From assembly GCA_016204535.1 (NCBI GenBank), contig JACQKL010000041.1:1-42047 (forward strand): a DNA stretch of 42,047 bases. Reading direction: 5' to 3'. The DNA is from Candidatus Levyibacteriota bacterium (lineage in GTDB: Bacteria; Patescibacteriota; Microgenomatia; Levybacterales; UBA12049). The notes below the pieces were generated by a model. It did no database searches. It worked only from the letters and a program-made list of their open reading frames with translations, and had not been told where the DNA came from. The position numbers and the translations under genes were made by a program. Every line of letters starts with the position of its first letter. Positions within the stretch are counted from its first letter, which is position 1. Below, piece after piece: positions 8,852 through 16,551 of the stretch.

Positions 8852-9208
8852 TCTTAATATATAGGGAGCAAATATTAAGAAACCAATAATTACTGATCCT
8901 ATTGCTACTATCAAAACCATTCCGGCTGCAACATCTTTAGCAATTTTTGCTTCTCTTTTATGTTCGGAGGTAATAAGATTTACCATCTCCTCTATTGAAG
9001 TATTGATCATCTCCGCTGAGATAACTAGTATTATCACAACGCCCAAAATACTCATCTCGTAAGCATTAATCCGAAAGAAGATACCGACCATTATAACGAC
9101 CAAAGCCACAAAAAAATGAATGCGTAAATTGCGATTATATTTTAGGGCATACCAAAGTCCTTCCAGTGCATGTCTGAAAGATTTCAGTATTGACTTTTCG
9201 TAAATCAT
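8840..9208 (-). CDS. dgkA: diacylglycerol/undecaprenol kinase (DgkA family)
   Basis: 122 aa with three TM helices and conserved AEMINTSIEEMV (E..NT.IE) motif. Confidence 0.85.
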   Translation of the reverse strand: MIYEKSILKSFRHALEGLWYALKYNRNLRIHFFVALVVIMVGIFFRINAYEMSILGVVIILVISAEMINTSIEEMVNLITSEHKREAKIAKDVAAGMVLIVAIGSVIIGFLIFAPYILRLFY

Positions 9209-9211
9209 ATT

Positions 9212-9811
9212 TTAATTATAAATAAAGCTCGCAAAAAATAGCTTACTAACAGTATACACGATTAATATTAAGACTGCTCCCAAAATGCTTCCGATTATTG
9301 TTTCAAGCAGAGTATGCTCTTTTGTTTTGACCCGTGCCCATGCAAGAAGAGGGATAAGCGAAAGAAACAGAGGATAATATCCTTTATAAACAATTCCTAT
9401 AAAAAGTAAAACTGCTGTTGCGGTTGCAACATGGATGCTTGCCTTAATCCACTTGTTAACAATTACTATAACTATGAGGCCTGCAAGAAGAGTAAAAAAT
9501 GCCAAAAAAAGAATTTTCGGACCATTAAGAATAAGAAGGGATAAAAGATAGCAAAACATAGCAAACGCGGAGAATGAGAAAAGAAGCGGTCTTTGTTCCC
9601 GTTTGGAAACGTCAAAATTAGAAAAAACTCCCAATAGTACTCCTATAATTACAAAAACGGCAACGGCTAAGATAAAAGCATATGAAAAGATTGTCCACTT
9701 TATTGCATAAATTTGATTCTGACTAAATCTTTCAACCAAAATATAAGGAATTGGAAATAAAATAAAAATAGGCCCTAACAAGAAAGAGATAATTTGCGCA
9801 AGCTTTGCCAT
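9212..9811 (-). CDS. PAP2-like membrane phosphatase (candidate polyprenyl-diphosphate/lipid phosphatase)
   Basis: 199 aa, 6 TM. Segments VSKREQRP, SIHVATA and ARVKTKEHTLLE approximate the PAP2 motifs KX6RP, SGH and SRX5HX3D. Confidence 0.5.
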   Translation of the reverse strand: MAKLAQIISFLLGPIFILFPIPYILVERFSQNQIYAIKWTIFSYAFILAVAVFVIIGVLLGVFSNFDVSKREQRPLLFSFSAFAMFCYLLSLLILNGPKILFLAFFTLLAGLIVIVIVNKWIKASIHVATATAVLLFIGIVYKGYYPLFLSLIPLLAWARVKTKEHTLLETIIGSILGAVLILIVYTVSKLFFASFIYN

Positions 9812-9814
9812 AAA

Positions 9815-11053
9815 TTATTTAAATGTTTCATTAATTCTCTTTAGCGTTTTTTCTTTTCCTAAAATTTCCAAAGTCTCTGGAAGCGGTAAACCGGTCTCAT
9901 ATCCGGTAATAATCTTATATAAAACATTTCCTTTTGTATTGCGCTCCTGCAAAACTTCTTTCATAGAGGTAAGAATTGTGTCTTTATTCCAATTTGCTAT
10001 AGAAGAAAACTTTTCGAAAAGATTCTTGGCAATATTTTTTTCGTCTGAAGATAGTTGGGGTATTTTATAAATAATAAGATTCTTAAATTCGATGAGCTTT
10101 TTCATTCGAGTTTTTGCAAGATCCAAAATAAGATCTATGGTTTCCCTATTCCGTTTCATAAAGGAGATTATTTCCATATCCTCTTTATAAAAATTCGAAA
10201 GCGCAGATTTTAAAGATGAATTATCCATCCGGCGAATATATTCTCCATTTATCCACTCCAGTTTTTTAATGTCAAAAATAGGACTTGCCGTATTAATGTC
10301 TTTAAAATCGAAAAGTTTTATCATTTCTTGCAAATCCATTATTTCTTTATCTTCCCCCGGATTCCAACCTAAAAGCGCCATGAAATTTAGCAATGCCTTT
10401 TTTAGATACCCTTCTTTTTTTAAGTCCAATACTGATTTTGCGCCATGACGCTTGGATAATTTTGTTTTATCAGGACCCAAAATATTAGGCAGATGGGCAA
10501 AAATAGGAGACTTCCAACCAAAGGCTTCATAAAGCAAAATATGCTTTGGTGCCGAAGAGATCCACTCATCTCCTCTAATCACGTGCGTGATATTCATAAG
10601 AAAATCATCTACTACATTTGCCAAATGGTATGTCGGAAATCCATCGGATTTAAGAATAACAAAATCTTCTATAATATCTGTTTTAAACGAAATTTTTTTA
10701 TTTCCAACCATATCCGTCCAGGATATCTCCCGATCTTTTGGCACTTTAAATCGCACTGCGCCTTCATCTTTGTAAGCTAAGCTTTTCTTTAAAAGACTTT
10801 CTATATATTCTTTGTAAATATTTTTTCTTTCTGATTGAATGTATTCCTCATCCCATACAAGACCAAGCCATTCAAGAATTTCAAAAATTGCTTCTTTTGC
10901 ACCTGCTACTATCCGGGCTTGATCCGTATCTTCAACTCGCACAATAAATTTACCTTTATTATGCTTAGCAAATAAATAATTAAACAATGCAGTTCTCGTA
11001 TTGCCGATATGCGGAATTCCTGTCGGACTGGGCGCTATACGAACTCTAATCAT
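9815..11053 (-). CDS. gltX: glutamyl-tRNA synthetase (compact, 412 aa)
   Basis: HIGH motif PHIGNTRTAL and KMSKS motif KLSKRHG on a class I GluRS layout. Upstream TTGAGT-17-TACAAT (11070-11098, minus). Confidence 0.92.
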   Translation of the reverse strand: MIRVRIAPSPTGIPHIGNTRTALFNYLFAKHNKGKFIVRVEDTDQARIVAGAKEAIFEILEWLGLVWDEEYIQSERKNIYKEYIESLLKKSLAYKDEGAVRFKVPKDREISWTDMVGNKKISFKTDIIEDFVILKSDGFPTYHLANVVDDFLMNITHVIRGDEWISSAPKHILLYEAFGWKSPIFAHLPNILGPDKTKLSKRHGAKSVLDLKKEGYLKKALLNFMALLGWNPGEDKEIMDLQEMIKLFDFKDINTASPIFDIKKLEWINGEYIRRMDNSSLKSALSNFYKEDMEIISFMKRNRETIDLILDLAKTRMKKLIEFKNLIIYKIPQLSSDEKNIAKNLFEKFSSIANWNKDTILTSMKEVLQERNTKGNVLYKIITGYETGLPLPETLEILGKEKTLKRINETFK

Positions 11054-11129
11054 AGTTTAAGATGTATTGATTGTACTTGAATTTTTCTTTATACTCAAGG
11101 TATGCGCATGAAACTGCACATACCAAGAT

Positions 11130-12164
11130 ATGCCTACTCTCAATAAGACCAAGAAAGAAACAAAAATAATTCTTAAATGGGGTGGAATTTTTCTTCTAAT
11201 AATTTTTCTTTTTTTAAACTTTGGGAGAATTACAGGTTTTTTAAAAGAAAGCTTTGGCCCTCCTCCTCCGCCGAAAGCTTCTTTTGGTAAATTGCCCAAC
11301 ATTTCTTTCCCAAGTAAATCTCAAGAAAATATTATTTATACCCTAGATACAGTTTCCGGAACTCTACCAAATTTCTCTGATCGAGCTAAGGTATATAAGA
11401 TATCATTTCTTGAGCCAACTTTACTTGCTCTTGACAAAACACAAGAAAAAGTTTATGAAATTGGCTTTAATTCCAAAGGCACTCAAATTGCACCGGATGT
11501 ATACCAATGGATAGATCAAACATCTGACCTTCAAAGAAGAATAACCATAAATATTTTTTCTTCAGATTTTACTTTATCCTCACCTTATCTTATAACTCCT
11601 TCTCTACAAACTCTTAAGCCAAACGATCAAGACAATGCGGTAGAATTAGCTAAATCATTTCTTTCAAGCATGTCCTTGTTGCCAGCTGACCTTGACTTAG
11701 AAAAAACAAAAATGACTTATTACTCAATAGAAAAAAGCGCACTTGTTAAAACCTCTAAGATTTCAAATGCGAAAATCGTCAGGGTTGATTTTTTTCAAAA
11801 GGATTTAGACAGCCTACCAATTTATTATGAAAAAGGTACATCAAATTTTGATTTTTTAATCGGGAAAGAAAACAACCAATTAAAAGTTGTAGGTGTTCGT
11901 TATTTTTACAAAAATATTTCGAAAAATTCATCGACTTATGCAATAAAATCTGCCTCTGAAGCGTTTTTGGAACTAAAACAAGGAAAAGCATACCTCGCAT
12001 CTAAGCCTCAAGGCGCAGTAGAAATTGCTATTAGAAAAGTATTGCTTGGATATTACATTGGAGAAAAGCAGCAAGACTTCTTAATGCCAATTGTTGTATT
12101 TATCGGAGATGATAATTTTATTGCCTATGTGTCTGCGGTCAAGGACGAGTGGATAAGTAATTAA
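11130..12164 (+). CDS. hypothetical membrane-anchored extracytoplasmic protein
   Basis: 344 aa with one N-terminal TM helix followed by a PPPPP linker. No recognisable family. Confidence 0.6.
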   Translation: MPTLNKTKKETKIILKWGGIFLLIIFLFLNFGRITGFLKESFGPPPPPKASFGKLPNISFPSKSQENIIYTLDTVSGTLPNFSDRAKVYKISFLEPTLLALDKTQEKVYEIGFNSKGTQIAPDVYQWIDQTSDLQRRITINIFSSDFTLSSPYLITPSLQTLKPNDQDNAVELAKSFLSSMSLLPADLDLEKTKMTYYSIEKSALVKTSKISNAKIVRVDFFQKDLDSLPIYYEKGTSNFDFLIGKENNQLKVVGVRYFYKNISKNSSTYAIKSASEAFLELKQGKAYLASKPQGAVEIAIRKVLLGYYIGEKQQDFLMPIVVFIGDDNFIAYVSAVKDEWISN

Positions 12165-13116
12165 TATTTTCCGACAATAAATATAAAATCTTACTGGTAT
12201 CCCAAAATCTATCCAGGCTATCCATAACCACAATTATAAGAGTATGTGCTTTATTTAAACTATCTACTTCTACTTTTGAAGTAACGAGAACTTGTCCTGC
12301 CTCGGTTGTATAGCCTGTTTTTACACCATTCACTCCTGAAACTCCTAGTAACTTATTGAGATTATTTAGTACATATTTATTTTCCCCTGTTATATCTGTT
12401 ATCTCTTTTGTTTTGGTTGCAACAATACTGGCAAATATTTTATTTTGTAATGCAGCGGAGGAAAGATAGGTCAAATCCAAAGGCGTTGTGTAATCTTTGT
12501 TATCATCAAGTCCAATTGCGTCTGCATAATTAGTGTTTACAAGATGTAAAGATTTTGCTTTCTCATTCATTTTTTTTACAAATGCAACTTCACCACCTGG
12601 GTAGTTTTGAGCTACTGCAAGGGCGGCATCGTTACCGGAGGGAAGAAGCATGGCATACAAAATATTTTCAAAAGATAATTTTTCACCTTCTGAAAATCCT
12701 ACATTTACTCCTTCTACTTTTTCTGTTTTGATTGTCAAAATATCATCCATTTTATAATACTCTAGAGCAACTAGCGCTGTCATAATTTTTGTCGTTGATG
12801 CCATCGAAAATGAAAGGTTTGGATTCTTTGTAAAAAGCAAGACTTTTGAATCGCTATCCATCACAACTACAGCTTTGGCAGTAATATCAGGATCAATTGG
12901 AGATTTTAAAATTGGATATGAAGAAATGGATAAGCCAAGCGGAAACTCTTTTATCTTTTTACTAAAAATATAACCTCTCAGAACTATGTCAAAAAAGGAA
13001 GTACCAACTAAGACAGAAAGACACAACGAAACAAGTGCATACTTAAAAAATCTTTTCTTTTTTTTAAGAAAATTATTGAGTTTTTTTATCTTTATCAATT
13101 GTCGAAAGTCTTTCAT
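12139..13116 (-). CDS. D-alanyl-D-alanine carboxypeptidase (peptidase S11, PBP5-like)
   Basis: 325 aa with an N-terminal anchor, SxxK (SMASTTK), SGN (PSGND) and KTG (VKTGYT) motifs. Confidence 0.88.
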   Translation of the reverse strand: MKDFRQLIKIKKLNNFLKKKKRFFKYALVSLCLSVLVGTSFFDIVLRGYIFSKKIKEFPLGLSISSYPILKSPIDPDITAKAVVVMDSDSKVLLFTKNPNLSFSMASTTKIMTALVALEYYKMDDILTIKTEKVEGVNVGFSEGEKLSFENILYAMLLPSGNDAALAVAQNYPGGEVAFVKKMNEKAKSLHLVNTNYADAIGLDDNKDYTTPLDLTYLSSAALQNKIFASIVATKTKEITDITGENKYVLNNLNKLLGVSGVNGVKTGYTTEAGQVLVTSKVEVDSLNKAHTLIIVVMDSLDRFWDTSKILYLLSENINYLSTRP

Positions 13117-14437
13117 CTATCCTCTCCATATCTCGAGGAAAAAGACTTGCCTCTCGAATATTGCTAAGATTTAGGAGTTTCATTGTAATCCTTTCTAAGC
13201 CAAAAGAAAATCCTCCTTCTGGCGGCATACCATATTTAAATGCCATTAAATACATTTCAAAACTCTTGAGGCTCATACCACGGTCTTTAATCGATTTCAC
13301 AAGATCATTATAGTCATGTCTTCTTTGACTACCGCTTAAAATCTCTACACCCCTAAATAGAAGATCGTAGCTTAGAGAATGTTCGGGATCGTTCGGATCA
13401 GGCATTGTATAAAAAGGTTTGGCCATTGTTGGAAAATGAGTGATCGTCACAAGATCGCTTCCGTGTTTTTCTTTTGCCCATTTACAAATATCGATTTCAT
13501 CTTGGGGAGCTAAATCTTTTTCTTTTCTCGTATCTCTACCAAATTCTTTAAAAATAACCTCCTGTGCTTGACGAAGAGTAAGCCTTGGAATTTTTCCAAA
13601 GTTAATTTCAATTATACAGGAATCTTGAACATATTTTAAGATTTTAACAGCAGTTGACTCCAGAAGATCGAGCAATTCTTCAAATTCAACAAATCCAAGT
13701 TCACAATCCATCTGCGTTGTTTCTGCGAGATGGCGGGTTGTTACGGAGGGCTCAGCTCTATAAGCATGGGCAATTGTCCATACCCGCTCGAAAATAGGAA
13801 CCATCATCTGCTTATACAATTGCGGACTTTGTGAAAGAAGCGCCTTGTGTCCGTAATAATCAACAGAAAAAAGCTCCGCTCCTCCTTCGGTTGAACTTGC
13901 AACAATTGTTGGCACAACTATTTCGGTACATTCCAAATCTTCTGCTGCTTTTCTAAAACCCTCCAGTATTTTTGCTTGAACTCTAAAGATTTCCAAAACT
14001 TTTGGATGGCGAAGAGTCAATGAGCGATTGTCTAAAAGAGTTGGGAGTTCAAGGTTAAGATCTTTTCCGCCCATATCAAAAGGTAAAACTTCGGCTTTGG
14101 ACAAAATTACAATATCATAAGCTTCTAACTCAATAGAACCAACAGGCGAATTCTTGTCAATTGCGTTTTCTGGTCTTTTGTTAACCTTACCTGTAATCTG
14201 AAGCGCAAATTCGGGCCTTATCTCTTGTGCAACTTTATAGGAGTTTTCTGAAACTTTAGGATTAATAACTACCTGAAGAACTCCACTTCTGTCTCTAATA
14301 TCTAAAAATATCAACTTACCGTGATCTCGTCTGGTTTTTACCCACCCTTTGATTAGAGCTTTTTTACCAGCTAAATTCACTAGATCCTTAATCAATATTC
14401 TTTGCATTTGCCCTTTGGACATAGTATAATCATACAC
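13073..14437 (-). CDS. aspS: aspartyl-tRNA synthetase, archaeal/non-discriminating type
   Basis: 454 aa with an OB anticodon-binding N-domain and class II motifs FRAEPS..TRHL and GGFSFGLERI. The second Met (ATG 14422) is the likelier start because TTGATT-17-TATGAT (14429-14457, minus) puts the transcript start on it. Confidence 0.9.
   Translation of the reverse strand: MYDYTMSKGQMQRILIKDLVNLAGKKALIKGWVKTRRDHGKLIFLDIRDRSGVLQVVINPKVSENSYKVAQEIRPEFALQITGKVNKRPENAIDKNSPVGSIELEAYDIVILSKAEVLPFDMGGKDLNLELPTLLDNRSLTLRHPKVLEIFRVQAKILEGFRKAAEDLECTEIVVPTIVASSTEGGAELFSVDYYGHKALLSQSPQLYKQMMVPIFERVWTIAHAYRAEPSVTTRHLAETTQMDCELGFVEFEELLDLLESTAVKILKYVQDSCIIEINFGKIPRLTLRQAQEVIFKEFGRDTRKEKDLAPQDEIDICKWAKEKHGSDLVTITHFPTMAKPFYTMPDPNDPEHSLSYDLLFRGVEILSGSQRRHDYNDLVKSIKDRGMSLKSFEMYLMAFKYGMPPEGGFSFGLERITMKLLNLSNIREASLFPRDMERIDERLSTIDKDKKTQ
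14402..14430 (+). promoter_or_regulatory. consensus promoter firing away from aspS into the structured leader
   Basis: TTGCAT 14402-14407, 17-nt spacer, TATAAT 14425-14430. It overlaps the aspS promoter/start face to face. Confidence 0.55.
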
Positions 14438-14575
14438 GGTTAAAGCCTGAGAATCAATCGATCCTGCGCCGAATGGTGCGGGATGTCAGGTTCCCGTCAA
14501 GCAGGTAATATTTTTATTTCTTAAACTTAATCTACAATAGAGAGTTAAGTTGCTCTATTCTTATTTTTAATAACT
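14437..14575 (+). promoter_or_regulatory. structured GC-rich 5' leader (candidate orphan riboswitch/attenuator)
   Basis: Helices CCTGA/TCAGG (14446-50/14486-90) and CCTGCGCC-GAAT-GGTGCGGG (14463-82). Competing pairings GCGGGA/TCCCGT and CCTGC/GCAGG. U-run at 14511-15. Hairpin AATAGAG/CTCTATT (14536-59) plus CTTATTTTT lies just before the ATG, with no SD. Confidence 0.45.
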
Positions 14576-14827
14576 ATGAGCGAACGTAGTCAACCAAAAG
14601 GATTAACAGATGTGTTAGATAGATTCGATGCTCCCCCTGAAGCTCGCTTATCTATATTAAGAAGGGCAGGGTTAATTGCTGGAAAAGGATTACCCGTTAA
14701 AAAGGTGGCAGATGTAATTGAAAATTCTATGGCTGCCAATGGGGGCTTACCTGATTGGCCTTCAGTTTCGGAAGCAGTAGGAAAAAAGGTAACCGATGCC
14801 TATCGCAGACTTAGACGCCAACCCTAA
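14576..14827 (+). CDS. hypothetical 83-aa Ala/Arg/Gly/Pro-rich protein
   Basis: Uninterrupted ORF with A/T-biased third positions like the host genes, but about 44 percent GC by my hand count because of amino-acid composition. No family recognised. Its stop overlaps the recJ stop. Confidence 0.5.
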   Translation: MSERSQPKGLTDVLDRFDAPPEARLSILRRAGLIAGKGLPVKKVADVIENSMAANGGLPDWPSVSEAVGKKVTDAYRRLRRQP

Positions 14828-16530
14828 AGATAAAATTGATTTACCACAATATCTTTAATTTTTAGCTCCAATTTCGTGTTTCCGTTCCATTCATTTTGGT
14901 TAACTACATAAACTACATCTACTTTATCTCCAATCCTGAGTTCTTTTGCTCTTTCTCTCATCCCAAACGCAATCCCTTCAATCATAAATCCTACTTGCCC
15001 TGCGAAGCTTTCGCGAAGGAGGGAATCATAAATCCTAAATCTAAACTTAATGTGTTTTCCCTCCGCTCCAACCAGTCTTAAATCTTCAACTACGATATTT
15101 CGGCTTATGAATGTTGGTTCGGGATTGCCAACGCCAAAAGGTGAAAGTTTTTGCAAAGCTTTGTATAGATTTTTATCTATAAAAGACAAAGGAATTTCGC
15201 AATCAATTCTAAGTTTCTTTTCTAAAATTTCTTCTGTTAATAAATTCCCTATACTTTTGTGCAGCGCTTTTTCAAATAAAGATAGCTTTTTTGTTTCGAT
15301 AGTAAATCCCGCTGCCATTGGATGTCCGCCGACATCCACCAAAAATTCCGAAGCACTTCTTATGAATTCAACTATATTAAATCCTTTTACTGATCTTGCT
15401 GATGCTTTGCTAAATTTTTCTCCTCTGGAAATAACAATTGCCGGCCGATAAAATTCCTCAACCAGTCTCCCTGCCACCAACCCAATTACCCCCTGCTGAT
15501 AACTTTCATGAACAACAAACAATAATTTTTTAAGTTCTTTTTTGCTTTTTATAGATTCTATTGCACGATGAGTTGTCTCAACTGTTAATAATTGTCTTTC
15601 TTTATTTGTCCTACCTAGTTTGCCTGCCAGAGTTTCCGCTCTACTCCTATCGTTGGTGCAAAGAAGCCTTAAGGAATCCATAGCATATTCCATTCTGCCT
15701 GTTGCGTTGAGTCGAGGCGCAACAATATGTCCTATTTCATAAACTCCAATTTTCTCTTTTTCAATTCCAGCCTCTTTAAGCAGTTCCAAAAGCCCCACTC
15801 TTTTTGTTTGCCGGAGAGCTAAAAGACCGGCGGTAAGGAGACTTCTATTGGCACTAACCAGAGGAACCATATCAGCCACTGTTGCCAGCCCAACTAATTC
15901 GAGGTGGTCGTTTCGGATACCCGCTTTCGGATTTCGGATTTGTTGGCTTAAAAGCCAAGCTACTCCCGCACCACAAAGTTTAGTTGTGTGGACAATGGCA
16001 TAAGCTTTGGGCTTGGTCTTCGAAGAAACATGATGATCAGTAATAATTACATCTATGCCGTTTTTGTTTGTAAAATCAACTGCCTTATTGGCAACAATTC
16101 CGTTATCAACGGTAATTATCAACGAACAATTTTTAATTTTTAATTTTAAATTTTTAATTCCTGTCTCCGACAGACCATATCCCTCTTCAATTCTGTGAGG
16201 AATGTAAGGAGAAACTTTTGCACCTAAGGAATTCAAAGTCTCCCATAGAATTGCCGTACCGGTTATTCCATCTACATCATAATCTCCAAAAACTACAATT
16301 TGCTCTTTGTTTTTTATTGCTATCCGAATTCTATCAACAGCTTTTTTTAGATTTTTTGTATCTATACCAACACTTTTAACAGTAACGTTTTCAAGTGTAG
16401 GATTTAAGAATTCTTCTTTTTCTTTTTTTGTCTTTATGCCTCTATTTTTAAGAAGTACTTTTATTAAATCGTCAACATTAAACCCCGATTCTTTAATTTT
16501 TAATTCTGAATTTTGAATTCTGAATTTCAC
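14824..16530 (-). CDS. recJ: single-stranded-DNA-specific exonuclease RecJ
   Basis: 568 aa with DHH motifs DYDVDGITG and ITDHH, and DHHA1 motif GGHPMAAG. GTG start. Confidence 0.93.
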   Translation of the reverse strand: MKFRIQNSELKIKESGFNVDDLIKVLLKNRGIKTKKEKEEFLNPTLENVTVKSVGIDTKNLKKAVDRIRIAIKNKEQIVVFGDYDVDGITGTAILWETLNSLGAKVSPYIPHRIEEGYGLSETGIKNLKLKIKNCSLIITVDNGIVANKAVDFTNKNGIDVIITDHHVSSKTKPKAYAIVHTTKLCGAGVAWLLSQQIRNPKAGIRNDHLELVGLATVADMVPLVSANRSLLTAGLLALRQTKRVGLLELLKEAGIEKEKIGVYEIGHIVAPRLNATGRMEYAMDSLRLLCTNDRSRAETLAGKLGRTNKERQLLTVETTHRAIESIKSKKELKKLLFVVHESYQQGVIGLVAGRLVEEFYRPAIVISRGEKFSKASARSVKGFNIVEFIRSASEFLVDVGGHPMAAGFTIETKKLSLFEKALHKSIGNLLTEEILEKKLRIDCEIPLSFIDKNLYKALQKLSPFGVGNPEPTFISRNIVVEDLRLVGAEGKHIKFRFRIYDSLLRESFAGQVGFMIEGIAFGMRERAKELRIGDKVDVVYVVNQNEWNGNTKLELKIKDIVVNQFYL

Positions 16531-16551
16531 GCTATGCTATACTATAGCAGT

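Noticed and set aside
14438-14510. Resemblance of the GC-rich leader to known RNAs. GUCAGGU...AAGCAGG is like SRP RNA domain IV. GCCGAAUGGUGC and GUCAGG are like the glycine riboswitch core. GUCAGG...CAAG is like guanidine-III.
   Set aside because: In each case only short strings match. There is no GNRA tetraloop or long closing helix for SRP. There is no P3a hairpin for glycine. An extra UUCCCGU segment breaks the guanidine-III pseudoknot. I cannot support any of these assignments without a covariance-model search.
14438-14830. The possibility that the whole relatively GC-rich interval between aspS and recJ is a large RNA gene (RNase P RNA or tmRNA) rather than leader plus CDS.
   Set aside because: I found no GAGGAAAGUCC-type RNase P core and no tRNA-like GGTTCGAATCC T-arm or tag ORF for tmRNA. 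The interval contains an intact 83-codon frame with host-like third-position bias.
16513-16551. The ORF-track N-terminal extensions of cca (TTG 16513) and of the ABC permease (18783).
   Set aside because: The cca extension covers its own -10 box (TATACT 16538-43) and overlaps the recJ start. The permease extension lies wholly inside the ATPase gene, while GTG 18879 has a strong SD. I therefore used the downstream starts.
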